A stretch of 64,000 nt of DNA from an archaeon (GTDB lineage: Archaea; Iainarchaeota; Iainarchaeia; Iainarchaeales; CSSED10-239), in the NCBI GenBank assembly GCA_041657425.1, contig JBBABY010000004.1, forward strand, positions 1,377-65,376. The letters run 5' to 3'. How positions within the stretch are numbered: position 1 is the stretch's first letter; every line of letters begins with the position of its first letter. The position numbers and the translations under genes were made by a program. Shown in pieces: positions 41,863 to 51,375 of this stretch. The notes under the pieces were generated by a model. It saw only the letters and a program-made list of their open reading frames with translations. It was not told the DNA's origin and did not search any database.

Positions 41863-44800
41863 CTAATCTGAGATTCCGTCTATTTCTATTCCATTGTATA
41901 TGTCATTTATTTCGTATATAACTTTAGGGTTCCAATAAAACTCTGTAACTTTCCCGTTTTCAGTATTTACTACACATATTTGGTCAGTCTTTACTTTTTC
42001 AAATATAGTATTTACACTGTCAATAGTATTATCTGTGTTACCAACCTTTATTTCTGAAGTTGGTTTCTTTTCCGAGTTATAGTAAAATCCTACAGAATCT
42101 CTTGATTTACTTGTTAGTGTATAAGTTATTGGGCTGTTTTCAGTATCGTATGGCGTGTAAAATATTGTTCTTAAGTTCACTGTTCCTCTTTTTGAAACTG
42201 TATCCCAATCAACAGCATATGAATTAAATATTCTTTCATCAGGTGTTGTTTGTCTATCATAGAAGTTCATAAATCTTGAATAAACATAATCTCCTGAGAA
42301 ATCATAATACTGTGGATCTTCTTTACTTACCCCACTCCAAACCCCTAAACTGCTTCCTCCAGTTACTGCTTGTCCAGAATGGTCTTTTAATTGATAATAA
42401 GCAGTAAATGGTAACAAGTTTGTTCTTGTAACTGACATTAATACAGGTGTTGCAACACTTGGAGAATAGATCATATCAATTTGATCTTCCTGTTTTTCTT
42501 TAACAATTAATATATTTCCTCTAGTTTCAACATTACTATTTGCTTTAAAGAAATCTTTATTGAATTGTACATTTAAATATTTCTTAGGGTTTGAACTACT
42601 ACTGTATTCTGTTCTTAATTCTCTATTTATTTCTTTATCAATTACTATAGAGTCTCCAATATATGCTAGGCCGTAGTTTTGTCTGGAATAGTTATTGTTA
42701 TTCTGTCCAACAAATCCATCAAATGGCATTCTGTAAAATACACTGTCATTATCTGGGCCTTTAATATATGTAAATGTAACAGTTACATTTGAATCTACAT
42801 CTCCTGCATCATTTACTAGTTTCCAATCTTCGTTATTATATATGAAATCAATTCTTACTTTGTAAAGGCCAGGAACTAAAATATTTACTCCATTTGGTGT
42901 GGTTGAGTATTTTAGAGCAAATGTAGTATTATCTTTTAACACAGAAGAATAAATTCCATCATTATAGAAACCAGGAGAACTTAAAAATCCAGTTCCACTT
43001 GTACTTCCTCTTGATGCTTTTCCACCATATGCTTTATCAAAATCATTTAAGAATTGTGCATTGTAATTATCTGTGATTAGATATGCATCAAACTCTAATG
43101 TTTGTTTTAATGGTTTTATTTGTGTTTCTAAATCCCATTCTGTAACAACGTTATTTGGATATTGAGGTTTATTAAACCACATATCTATGTAATCCACTCC
43201 ATTGAACTGAGCAGTTGTTGCTGGCACTTGGCAAGAAGTATTGTTTGATGCTTCATGCACACTTGCATTGATATCTGAAACAAATCTAGTATAACCTAAA
43301 TCCTCAGTATATGTATTTGCTCCTGCATAAATTAATGTTAATGGAATATTGTTTGCAATAATCTGAGAACTCTCTGTTCCATATGTAAATATATAATCTG
43401 CAGTATCATCTGCTGGGATTGTAATTGGTATTGCTTGTGTACTTGTAGTTACTGGAGTTGAAATTGTGTCTCCAGTTGAATCTAATGTTTCATAAGAGAC
43501 TGGCGTGTAACTTCCAAAATCAATATTTAATAGTCCTGTCTGTAGAGTTGTTGTTCTATTCTCTACAGCAACTTTCACTTTTATTAATTTCCCTTCAGTT
43601 CCTAATCTTACTTCTTGTAATCCAGTATAACCAACAGGAACACTTTCAATATTCCAACTTGGTGTTGAAGACATAACAGAATAATTTTCATTTAAAGTTT
43701 CATCAATTACTTGACTTGTACTTTTTGGACAACTTATTTTTCCATTATCTCTTTGTACTTTTATTTGTTCATCTGCTTTTACAATTCTATTAATTATTAC
43801 TTGAGACAACTGAGTTGCATCACAATATTGATCACCATTACTACAGTCATTAATATTTTCTTCATTCCAAGTCCAATCAAACTTGACTTTTGGTAAGGCC
43901 CCTTCCCCTGTTTTCCCAGTCTTTCCTGAATCCGTAAAACAATCAACCATATTTAGATCAACTTGTGGTTTTTCAGGATACTGTTTAGACATTATTGCAA
44001 ATCTAAAATCTGAATATCCAATTGGATCAGAACCTACAAATGCAGAATCTTGTCCGGCATTTTGATCATCTAAAGTTGGATAGAAAGTTATATTTTTATA
44101 AATTATATCTCCAGCTTCTAATCTTGTAATTAAATTTACATCTGAGATATTAAACACTAAAGGTTTAATTCCAGCTTGTTCTGGCCAGATTGTTGTGTCA
44201 TATTTACAAAATGAATATACATATGCCTGTAAATAAATTCCTTTTCTTGGCCACGCACCACTACATTTTACATCATATGTAGCTTTTTGATCAGTTTCTG
44301 AAATAGAACTAAATTCACTATCACAATTTTTAGAATTAATTATATAATTATACCTATTTAATTGAGTTTTATTTTCACTACCATTACATAATGGAATTAC
44401 CATCGATAGAGTTTTATCTTTTGCAAGTTTTCCACTACCAACACCGTATGCTTGCAAATAAGTCATATATCTAGCACCAGTAATATCAAATATATTTAAA
44501 TATTCTAATTGACTATCCTCAGAATTGGTTATAATTATTTTTTTATCTAATACCCAATCTGGAACCTTATATTCTTGTTCAATATTTACTGTATTGTATA
44601 TTGGATTATACGTATAATCACTAAAAAATGTAGGTATAGCAATTGCTGCTGCCCCACCAACTAACCCTCCAATTAAAACAAATGGGAATGCGGCTGCAGA
44701 AACTGTAATTAATGGGCCTATCCATCCTGCACTTGTAGCAATTTGAGTAAGTACTCCTAAGATTCCACCATTACGAATTAAATTAATTCCTGCAGGAGGG

Positions 44801-47800
44801 GTAGAATTTGTATTTCCTAAAGTACTAAATTGCTCAAATTTCATTTTTTTATAACCATTATCGCCGGAATTAAATAAAATCATATATTTACTAAATCCTT
44901 CATCTCCAACTTTCTGTGTTGCATAGTCCCAAGGTGTAGTATTGATATCACTGTTAAGTAGTCTTACTGGCTGACTGATATAGATTTCATCTTGCTTTTC
45001 TACTTCAATGAATGGGTCTTCCATATAAAGCCCACTTGCACTGTGTACATTTACTTTTAATCTCTTTTCTATCGTTGTGATTGCTCTTCCACTATCGCTA
45101 AGAACAGAGATTCTTACTGGAATAATATATCCACCTGGACTTCCTGGTTTAATGATTCCTGCAGTTTGACTATCAGTACCAAGATTAAAAGATAATTGAT
45201 TTTGAAGATATCCTTCCATATTGCTGTATCTTAACTCTTGACAACCGGTGTAACCTTTGTCTTCTCCACAGAAGGAAAGCTTAAAGGTTCCAAGAGTGGA
45301 ACAATTATTCTTGATTACTATTTCTTTTGACTGTCCTTCTATTGTTTCTTTTGTTATTACTAACATATTGTTTATCTTTTGACTTCCATCATAGAAATCA
45401 ATACAGTCTTCTATTTTTCTTATTGCAATTTCTGTGGTGAATGCAATGTCCTTTGTTGTATTAACATACTTAAGCCCTGTGTCTGTTTCAATTTGAGCAT
45501 TAATATATATCTTAGTTTCAATATCTCCCATTTTCTTATCTAAAGAATAATAAGTAAGTATTGCTGAATGAACGCCAGGAGAAAGATCATTTAAAAGAGT
45601 TGTATAACTGCCTTCTGAAAGAGTTATTGTTCTTCCATCAACATTTAATGTATAATATCCATATTGATCTTTTTGATTAACCATTTTTGCTCTTAGTGTC
45701 TTAAGAGTTATTGATTCTTCGTCATTTCCTTTGACTTTACAATTATTAACTATATCAAAACTTACTGAAGTGGTATCGTTTCCACTAACAACTGCTTGCC
45801 AAGGATTGCTTACTCCATTAACAACTAAACAATCGTCTTCTTCTACTCCTTCTCCCACTGACACTTTAACAGCCATTGGGATATTAAATGCATATTCTGC
45901 TTGTGAATTATCTACTGTAACATAACCAATTATGTTACCAGTAATATTTAATGTTTCTGTTAAGTTTGTTGTATCTTGTGAAGCCGAAAGCTTAATATCT
46001 AAATCTGTTTCTCCATTTGCAGGAATTATTATACTTGGCACTTGTGAATTCAAATATTGTTGTAATTGACTTACATTAATATAATTAGAATATCTAAAAC
46101 TAAAACTATCGTCTCTAAATGGTTTTAATTGTAAGGAATAATTTGTTTTGTTTATTATTGTTATTGTCTTTTCTGAACCTTCTGGGTTTGATTTACGAAC
46201 ATTAATTATAAACGGAGATGTTTCTGTAACCACTGCAGTTCCTTGCTTTAAAGAAAGAATGTCTTGATTGATTGTTATCTCTACTGGTACAGCATAGTAT
46301 CCACTTTTCTCTACAGAAATAATTATCTTCTCGGAATTATTAAGAGCAGGAATTGGTATTGCTACTGTTCCATAATCATCTGTTCTGTATGTTCCACTAG
46401 TTACTGTAACTTGTTGATTGTTTGCTAATTTTTGATAAATATTAACAAGCGCACCAGAAACAGGAAGAACTGAATTATCAAGAGCAGTTACTGTTAAAGT
46501 AAATGGTTTACCTGGAACTATATTTTGTGGTTCATAACTTATTGTAAAAGGATATTCTTGAGCAACATTAAAATTAATAAACTCATTATAAACAACAGAT
46601 TGATTTGAAATTATTTTATTCTGTATTCTTGTTGTTCCTAAAAGTACTGGTTTAATTGTTGTGTCAATATTTATTTTATCATAAACATTTATTTGAGTGG
46701 AGGGCAAATAATCGCTTGTAAATGGCATCTTGTTTCTTATTTGATTTCCACTTGTACTTGTTTGTAAAAACCCGCCACCGAAAATATTATAACTTAAAAT
46801 ATTAATCGCTTGTGTTTCTAATTCTGTAGTAGTGTCTACATTTGTAATTGCTAATCTATTACTTGTATAAACATTTGATTTGGCATTAGTTAAAATATAT
46901 TTAAAATCATAATTCTTATTTACAACTAAACTATTTACTCCTGCTTCTAAATCATAAACAATATCGTCTGCGGTGTCTACGAACTGACCAGAAATACAAA
47001 AGTTTTCTGAGCAGATTTCTGAGACGTCAATATAATATACTCTTTGATTTCCTAGGTTATCAATACTTGTTGGACTACCAGTAAACACAGAATAATAGAT
47101 TGGAACTGCTTGCCCTCTTAAAGCATGTACTGTTGAAACAGGTATTTGTATTTCATATACTCCTTGGCTAGCATTAATAAAAGTTGCATCAATTACTTTT
47201 GCAAAAGTATCTTGTTGTACTGCTGTAAGATTTATATTACTATAATAACTAATATTTGCTTTAGAATTGGTTATTGGTTTAATGTAAACAATATCTTCTT
47301 CTGCAGTATCTTGTTCTCCTACCACAAATCTAATTCCAATATTTCCTGCACTTGGATTTATTAATTTAAATTTAAAATAATATCTTGAATTTTGAGCTAA
47401 AAAACTTGCATTTATATCTTGTTGATTATACAACCCTACAAGTTCGACTGTTGGAGTAGTTATTGTTCCAACTCTGTTTAATCTAATTTCTTTTGTTATT
47501 GTTTCATTTGTAATGATTGGCAATAATTCTGTATAATAATCTAAATATCCTTCTTTTGATATCTTTACATAAATTACCTTGTCTGCTTTTATTTTTCTGG
47601 TATATGTACCATTCTGTAGTGCTTGATCAACACCAATTTCATTACCTATAACATCATATATTTTGACGTTTGCAAAATCAATTGTTTCCTGATTAATGTT
47701 TTTAATATTAAAACTAATAGTTCCTTCTCCAATATTTATTGTCATTACCATATTTGTGTCAATTGGAGGATTATGTGTAAATTTACCTGATTGATTAATA

Positions 47801-49293
47801 ACATTTACTTTTCTTAATTTAATAAAATAATATCCTTTTGGGATGTTATCAAAAGTTGCAGTTCCATTATTATCTGTAACGACAGATGTAAATCTAGTAT
47901 CTTGATAATTAGAATTGCCATCATAAATTAATAAGGTTCCTCCAATTACTGGAAGATTATCTTCATCAACAACAGAAACATTAATATCAGAAATATTACT
48001 TACTGTTTCTTTTTCTAGAAATATCATATAATCTGCTACATTTGGAGTTATATCTCTATTCTCTGGAATGTAACCTTGTGATCTTATAGTTAAAGAATAT
48101 GCTTTACTTGTGTCTATTCTAAATGTTACTCCTGCAGTTGTGTATTGCTTAGTATCTACAGTTTGTTTAGTCCCATTAACGTCAGTAATTAACAAAATAC
48201 TTGTTGGAATTACACCGTCAATTTCAAGACTAGTGTCTTCATCTTTAACTATTACTCTAATATCTTTTGTGGTTATTGTTGTTACAGTATCTCCTGGAAC
48301 GACTGGTGTGTTTATTGCATTAAGTTCTAAACTTACTTGCGTTTCTATATTCTTTGTAATTATAAATTCGGTCTCTGCTGTTTGGTATCTTAAAGAATCA
48401 TCTGTTGCAACAACAATATAGTTTCCGACTTCTAAATTTGGAAATCTCCTAGAACCAAACTGTGATTGACCAGAAGTTACTGGGTTAATTGAATCTCCTT
48501 CCTTATAAACTCTTAAAGTAATTCCATCTAAGAAATTAGTTCCGCTTTTTACTTTTACTGTTGCTTGCCCAAAACTTGTGTTTATTACTTTAGGAGGAAC
48601 TGTTACAATTCCTGTTTCTTGATTAATTACAATATTTTGTCCAGAATAATTCGTTCCAATTGCAGTAGCTACTAATTTCGTACAAGATACTGGAACATTA
48701 AATATACTTGTGCCCGTTGTTACTGTTGATGTTGATGGGTCTATTGATGAGCCATCTTGACAAGTAATTGTTACATTTAAACTTTCTAAAATTGCTTGGC
48801 CATTAGTTCCAACAAATCTTAATGACTTTTCTTGTATTGAAGCAAGAACAAATAGTTCAACAATAAAATTCTGCTTTGTTTTACTTAAATCAATTATTTC
48901 ATCTTTATACTTATATCCTTTTTTATCTACAATTATAGAATAATCTCCAAATTTATTTAGCTCTACTGTTGTTTGTCCTTTACTATCGGTTCTATAGTTC
49001 TGAGTTATTCCATTTAAAGAATCATTTAATTGGAATTCAAAATTTTTTAGTAATTGCCCATTACTATCTGCTAGTCCAATTGTAAAAGTAATATATTCTT
49101 CTTTTTCTCCTACTGCCCCAAATGGTTTAAAAATAAGTAATAGTATTACTGCGATAATTAATACAAATAATATCAAAGACGCTAACGGATGAATCTTGTC
49201 AATTGGCCTCGTTAACCATTTAATTGGAACTCTATTGTTTATTTTATCTAAAAAAGCTTGGTAATTTAAAGCAAATGACATTTTTCTATTCAC
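41863..49293 (-). CDS. Giant (2476 aa) N-terminally anchored surface protein with CarboxypepD_reg-like repeats, a central hydrophobic hairpin and the shared C-terminal module.
   Basis: The N-terminus has FLDKINNRVPIKWLTRPIDKIHP followed by a TM helix. There are at least five prealbumin-like repeats. Near residue 1530-1590 lies GILGVLTQIATSAGWIGPLITVSAAAFPFVLIGGLVGGAAAIAIPTFF. The C-terminal motif is GEGALPKVKFDW...YCDATQL. Confidence 0.85.
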   Translation of the reverse strand: MNRKMSFALNYQAFLDKINNRVPIKWLTRPIDKIHPLASLILFVLIIAVILLLIFKPFGAVGEKEEYITFTIGLADSNGQLLKNFEFQLNDSLNGITQNYRTDSKGQTTVELNKFGDYSIIVDKKGYKYKDEIIDLSKTKQNFIVELFVLASIQEKSLRFVGTNGQAILESLNVTITCQDGSSIDPSTSTVTTGTSIFNVPVSCTKLVATAIGTNYSGQNIVINQETGIVTVPPKVINTSFGQATVKVKSGTNFLDGITLRVYKEGDSINPVTSGQSQFGSRRFPNLEVGNYIVVATDDSLRYQTAETEFIITKNIETQVSLELNAINTPVVPGDTVTTITTKDIRVIVKDEDTSLEIDGVIPTSILLITDVNGTKQTVDTKQYTTAGVTFRIDTSKAYSLTIRSQGYIPENRDITPNVADYMIFLEKETVSNISDINVSVVDEDNLPVIGGTLLIYDGNSNYQDTRFTSVVTDNNGTATFDNIPKGYYFIKLRKVNVINQSGKFTHNPPIDTNMVMTINIGEGTISFNIKNINQETIDFANVKIYDVIGNEIGVDQALQNGTYTRKIKADKVIYVKISKEGYLDYYTELLPIITNETITKEIRLNRVGTITTPTVELVGLYNQQDINASFLAQNSRYYFKFKLINPSAGNIGIRFVVGEQDTAEEDIVYIKPITNSKANISYYSNINLTAVQQDTFAKVIDATFINASQGVYEIQIPVSTVHALRGQAVPIYYSVFTGSPTSIDNLGNQRVYYIDVSEICSENFCISGQFVDTADDIVYDLEAGVNSLVVNKNYDFKYILTNAKSNVYTSNRLAITNVDTTTELETQAINILSYNIFGGGFLQTSTSGNQIRNKMPFTSDYLPSTQINVYDKINIDTTIKPVLLGTTRIQNKIISNQSVVYNEFINFNVAQEYPFTISYEPQNIVPGKPFTLTVTALDNSVLPVSGALVNIYQKLANNQQVTVTSGTYRTDDYGTVAIPIPALNNSEKIIISVEKSGYYAVPVEITINQDILSLKQGTAVVTETSPFIINVRKSNPEGSEKTITIINKTNYSLQLKPFRDDSFSFRYSNYINVSQLQQYLNSQVPSIIIPANGETDLDIKLSASQDTTNLTETLNITGNIIGYVTVDNSQAEYAFNIPMAVKVSVGEGVEEDDCLVVNGVSNPWQAVVSGNDTTSVSFDIVNNCKVKGNDEESITLKTLRAKMVNQKDQYGYYTLNVDGRTITLSEGSYTTLLNDLSPGVHSAILTYYSLDKKMGDIETKIYINAQIETDTGLKYVNTTKDIAFTTEIAIRKIEDCIDFYDGSQKINNMLVITKETIEGQSKEIVIKNNCSTLGTFKLSFCGEDKGYTGCQELRYSNMEGYLQNQLSFNLGTDSQTAGIIKPGSPGGYIIPVRISVLSDSGRAITTIEKRLKVNVHSASGLYMEDPFIEVEKQDEIYISQPVRLLNSDINTTPWDYATQKVGDEGFSKYMILFNSGDNGYKKMKFEQFSTLGNTNSTPPAGINLIRNGGILGVLTQIATSAGWIGPLITVSAAAFPFVLIGGLVGGAAAIAIPTFFSDYTYNPIYNTVNIEQEYKVPDWVLDKKIIITNSEDSQLEYLNIFDITGARYMTYLQAYGVGSGKLAKDKTLSMVIPLCNGSENKTQLNRYNYIINSKNCDSEFSSISETDQKATYDVKCSGAWPRKGIYLQAYVYSFCKYDTTIWPEQAGIKPLVFNISDVNLITRLEAGDIIYKNITFYPTLDDQNAGQDSAFVGSDPIGYSDFRFAIMSKQYPEKPQVDLNMVDCFTDSGKTGKTGEGALPKVKFDWTWNEENINDCSNGDQYCDATQLSQVIINRIVKADEQIKVQRDNGKISCPKSTSQVIDETLNENYSVMSSTPSWNIESVPVGYTGLQEVRLGTEGKLIKVKVAVENRTTTLQTGLLNIDFGSYTPVSYETLDSTGDTISTPVTTSTQAIPITIPADDTADYIFTYGTESSQIIANNIPLTLIYAGANTYTEDLGYTRFVSDINASVHEASNNTSCQVPATTAQFNGVDYIDMWFNKPQYPNNVVTEWDLETQIKPLKQTLEFDAYLITDNYNAQFLNDFDKAYGGKASRGSTSGTGFLSSPGFYNDGIYSSVLKDNTTFALKYSTTPNGVNILVPGLYKVRIDFIYNNEDWKLVNDAGDVDSNVTVTFTYIKGPDNDSVFYRMPFDGFVGQNNNNYSRQNYGLAYIGDSIVIDKEINRELRTEYSSSSNPKKYLNVQFNKDFFKANSNVETRGNILIVKEKQEDQIDMIYSPSVATPVLMSVTRTNLLPFTAYYQLKDHSGQAVTGGSSLGVWSGVSKEDPQYYDFSGDYVYSRFMNFYDRQTTPDERIFNSYAVDWDTVSKRGTVNLRTIFYTPYDTENSPITYTLTSKSRDSVGFYYNSEKKPTSEIKVGNTDNTIDSVNTIFEKVKTDQICVVNTENGKVTEFYWNPKVIYEINDIYNGIEIDGISD

Positions 49294-49412
49294 ATCCTAA
49301 AATATATCTAAAATATATTTATATTTAAGAAAGAAAGTATTTAAATATATTGGTATCGCGTTAAGGAGTTAATATTTCTACACTCCCGCTTTATTTAAAA
49401 AAAAGAAATAAA

Positions 49413-51317
49413 CTATCTACAATGCAGAATATTTGTATCAGAATAACACTCTTGAGCAGTTGCAGAAGTGACCTCTCTTTTTTGGGTAATTCCATATAAT
49501 ACAAGACCGTAATTAGAAGTACATTTTGCAGCAATTACTTTCTTTACTCCGCTACTACTAATTGAACAGACACAGCCCCAATTTTGCCCATTTTCTGTAG
49601 TTAATCCTGCATTAGAACAAGAGTCTCCTGTGCGGTTCTTTGTAGAAAAATATGTTGGTTGTGTTATTAAGTCTGAAGAAGTAATTTCTGGAGGATTTTC
49701 ACTAACTATTGGTTCAGATGGAATTTCCTCTATTGCGTTTGAATTAACACTTGAATACACCAATCCAGAAACATCAATTGCATTGAAATTTAAATCAGAT
49801 TCATTATAACAACTTTTAATAACCTTACAATCAGAATTCATATATTTATTACAGAAAAATGAAAGTACATTTCTGTTTGCTTCACATTGAGAATATTTCA
49901 TTATTTCGTCATTATTTAAAACATAGAAATTTGAATAAGATGTGTTTAATCTTTTATTATCTTTTTGTAAAAATACGATAATAAATTTTTTATTTGGATT
50001 ACTTCTTTCTATAGTAAATTGGAAGGTGTTTCCATTTGGTAAAAACTTAACCTTATCTATTATTTGTGTTTTGGTTAATTTATAATTGTTAATAATTTTA
50101 TATGGTAAATCTATTTCTAAATCATAATTATCAGCATCATATTCATATATTTCTGAAATTGTAGGAGTAAAATCTTCAATATTATCTGCGGCGGTTTTTC
50201 CTGTAACGCACACCTCTCTACAAATGTTATTAAATAAAACTTTATTTTCAACAGAATCTACCTCTCCAACTACGGGAGTTAAACTCCGACCAGTTGTAAA
50301 TTTATACTTTGCATTTTGATCATTTTTTTGTTTACAATAACAATCTACAACATATCTATTTTGTGATGACACTGCTAAATATTGTTGATAATTTCTATAT
50401 TCTGAATTTTGGGTTTTTATAAAATTATTTATTTCGGTGACTACGTCTCCATATCTTTCTTGGGTTGCAACAATTGCATATATTTCTTTATTTAAATTAA
50501 AATTTTGTGAATCTAAATAAACTGTTAAATTGGTATCATTTGTTTGATATTTTTCTTCTGTTTCATAATTGATTATAAAATAAGGAACCGGTAATTTTGT
50601 TCTTGGTGTAGGCATATATCCGAATGCGCCCTCTCCTTCGGAATTGAATCCTAGATATTTTATCTTTTCAATTAAACTTGGGTACATATCTGCATCATCA
50701 ATTGATTGCGTAGCACTTGATTGACCAGAACTATCTGTTTCTTGTGGGAGCTCTACATTTTCTTGATCAGTTGTATTAGGCACTTGATCAAGAGCACAAA
50801 TTGTGTCTTTTAATTTATTTCTAGTTGAGCTACCTAAACTTGAAAATGGATGTAGGTTTGGTTCAATATAGATTCCTGAACTTCTCTTATAACAAACATA
50901 AAATCCAGTTTTATCTTCTGAACATTTATATGTAAATGGAAATCCAGTTACTCTAATAAAACCTTGATCAATACAGCTTTGAGAAAAATAATCCACTGGA
51001 AGAGTTCTAATTTGTGGTATTTTTATATCAATTGGGGTTTGAACATCTCCTTCTACCTCTTTACAATATTGTGTCACATTATTACAAACAACAATTCTTG
51101 GTGGACCGAAACCTTTTACTGCAATATTTCGGTTATACCAATCATCCTGTGGTGCAATTTCTCTTAAATCGTATATAGAATTATTTGAAACACCTTGATC
51201 TGGTATATAACCCATCAAGTTACCGCCTAAATCAGAATTATATGCCCCAGGCAAAGCATATATTCCATTAATAATTAACAAAAATATTGCAAATAATATA
51301 ATTGATTTATTTTTCAT
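49413..51317 (-). CDS. Secreted Cys-rich protein (634 aa), hypothetical.
   Basis: The signal peptide is MKNKSIILFAIFLLIINGIYALPG. Many Cys residues are scattered through the sequence. No family was recognised. Confidence 0.65.
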   Translation of the reverse strand: MKNKSIILFAIFLLIINGIYALPGAYNSDLGGNLMGYIPDQGVSNNSIYDLREIAPQDDWYNRNIAVKGFGPPRIVVCNNVTQYCKEVEGDVQTPIDIKIPQIRTLPVDYFSQSCIDQGFIRVTGFPFTYKCSEDKTGFYVCYKRSSGIYIEPNLHPFSSLGSSTRNKLKDTICALDQVPNTTDQENVELPQETDSSGQSSATQSIDDADMYPSLIEKIKYLGFNSEGEGAFGYMPTPRTKLPVPYFIINYETEEKYQTNDTNLTVYLDSQNFNLNKEIYAIVATQERYGDVVTEINNFIKTQNSEYRNYQQYLAVSSQNRYVVDCYCKQKNDQNAKYKFTTGRSLTPVVGEVDSVENKVLFNNICREVCVTGKTAADNIEDFTPTISEIYEYDADNYDLEIDLPYKIINNYKLTKTQIIDKVKFLPNGNTFQFTIERSNPNKKFIIVFLQKDNKRLNTSYSNFYVLNNDEIMKYSQCEANRNVLSFFCNKYMNSDCKVIKSCYNESDLNFNAIDVSGLVYSSVNSNAIEEIPSEPIVSENPPEITSSDLITQPTYFSTKNRTGDSCSNAGLTTENGQNWGCVCSISSSGVKKVIAAKCTSNYGLVLYGITQKREVTSATAQECYSDTNILHCR

Positions 51318-51375
51318 ATTTATTTCCCATTTCCTCTAATTTATCTTATTCATTTTCAATTAAAATTTAATTATC

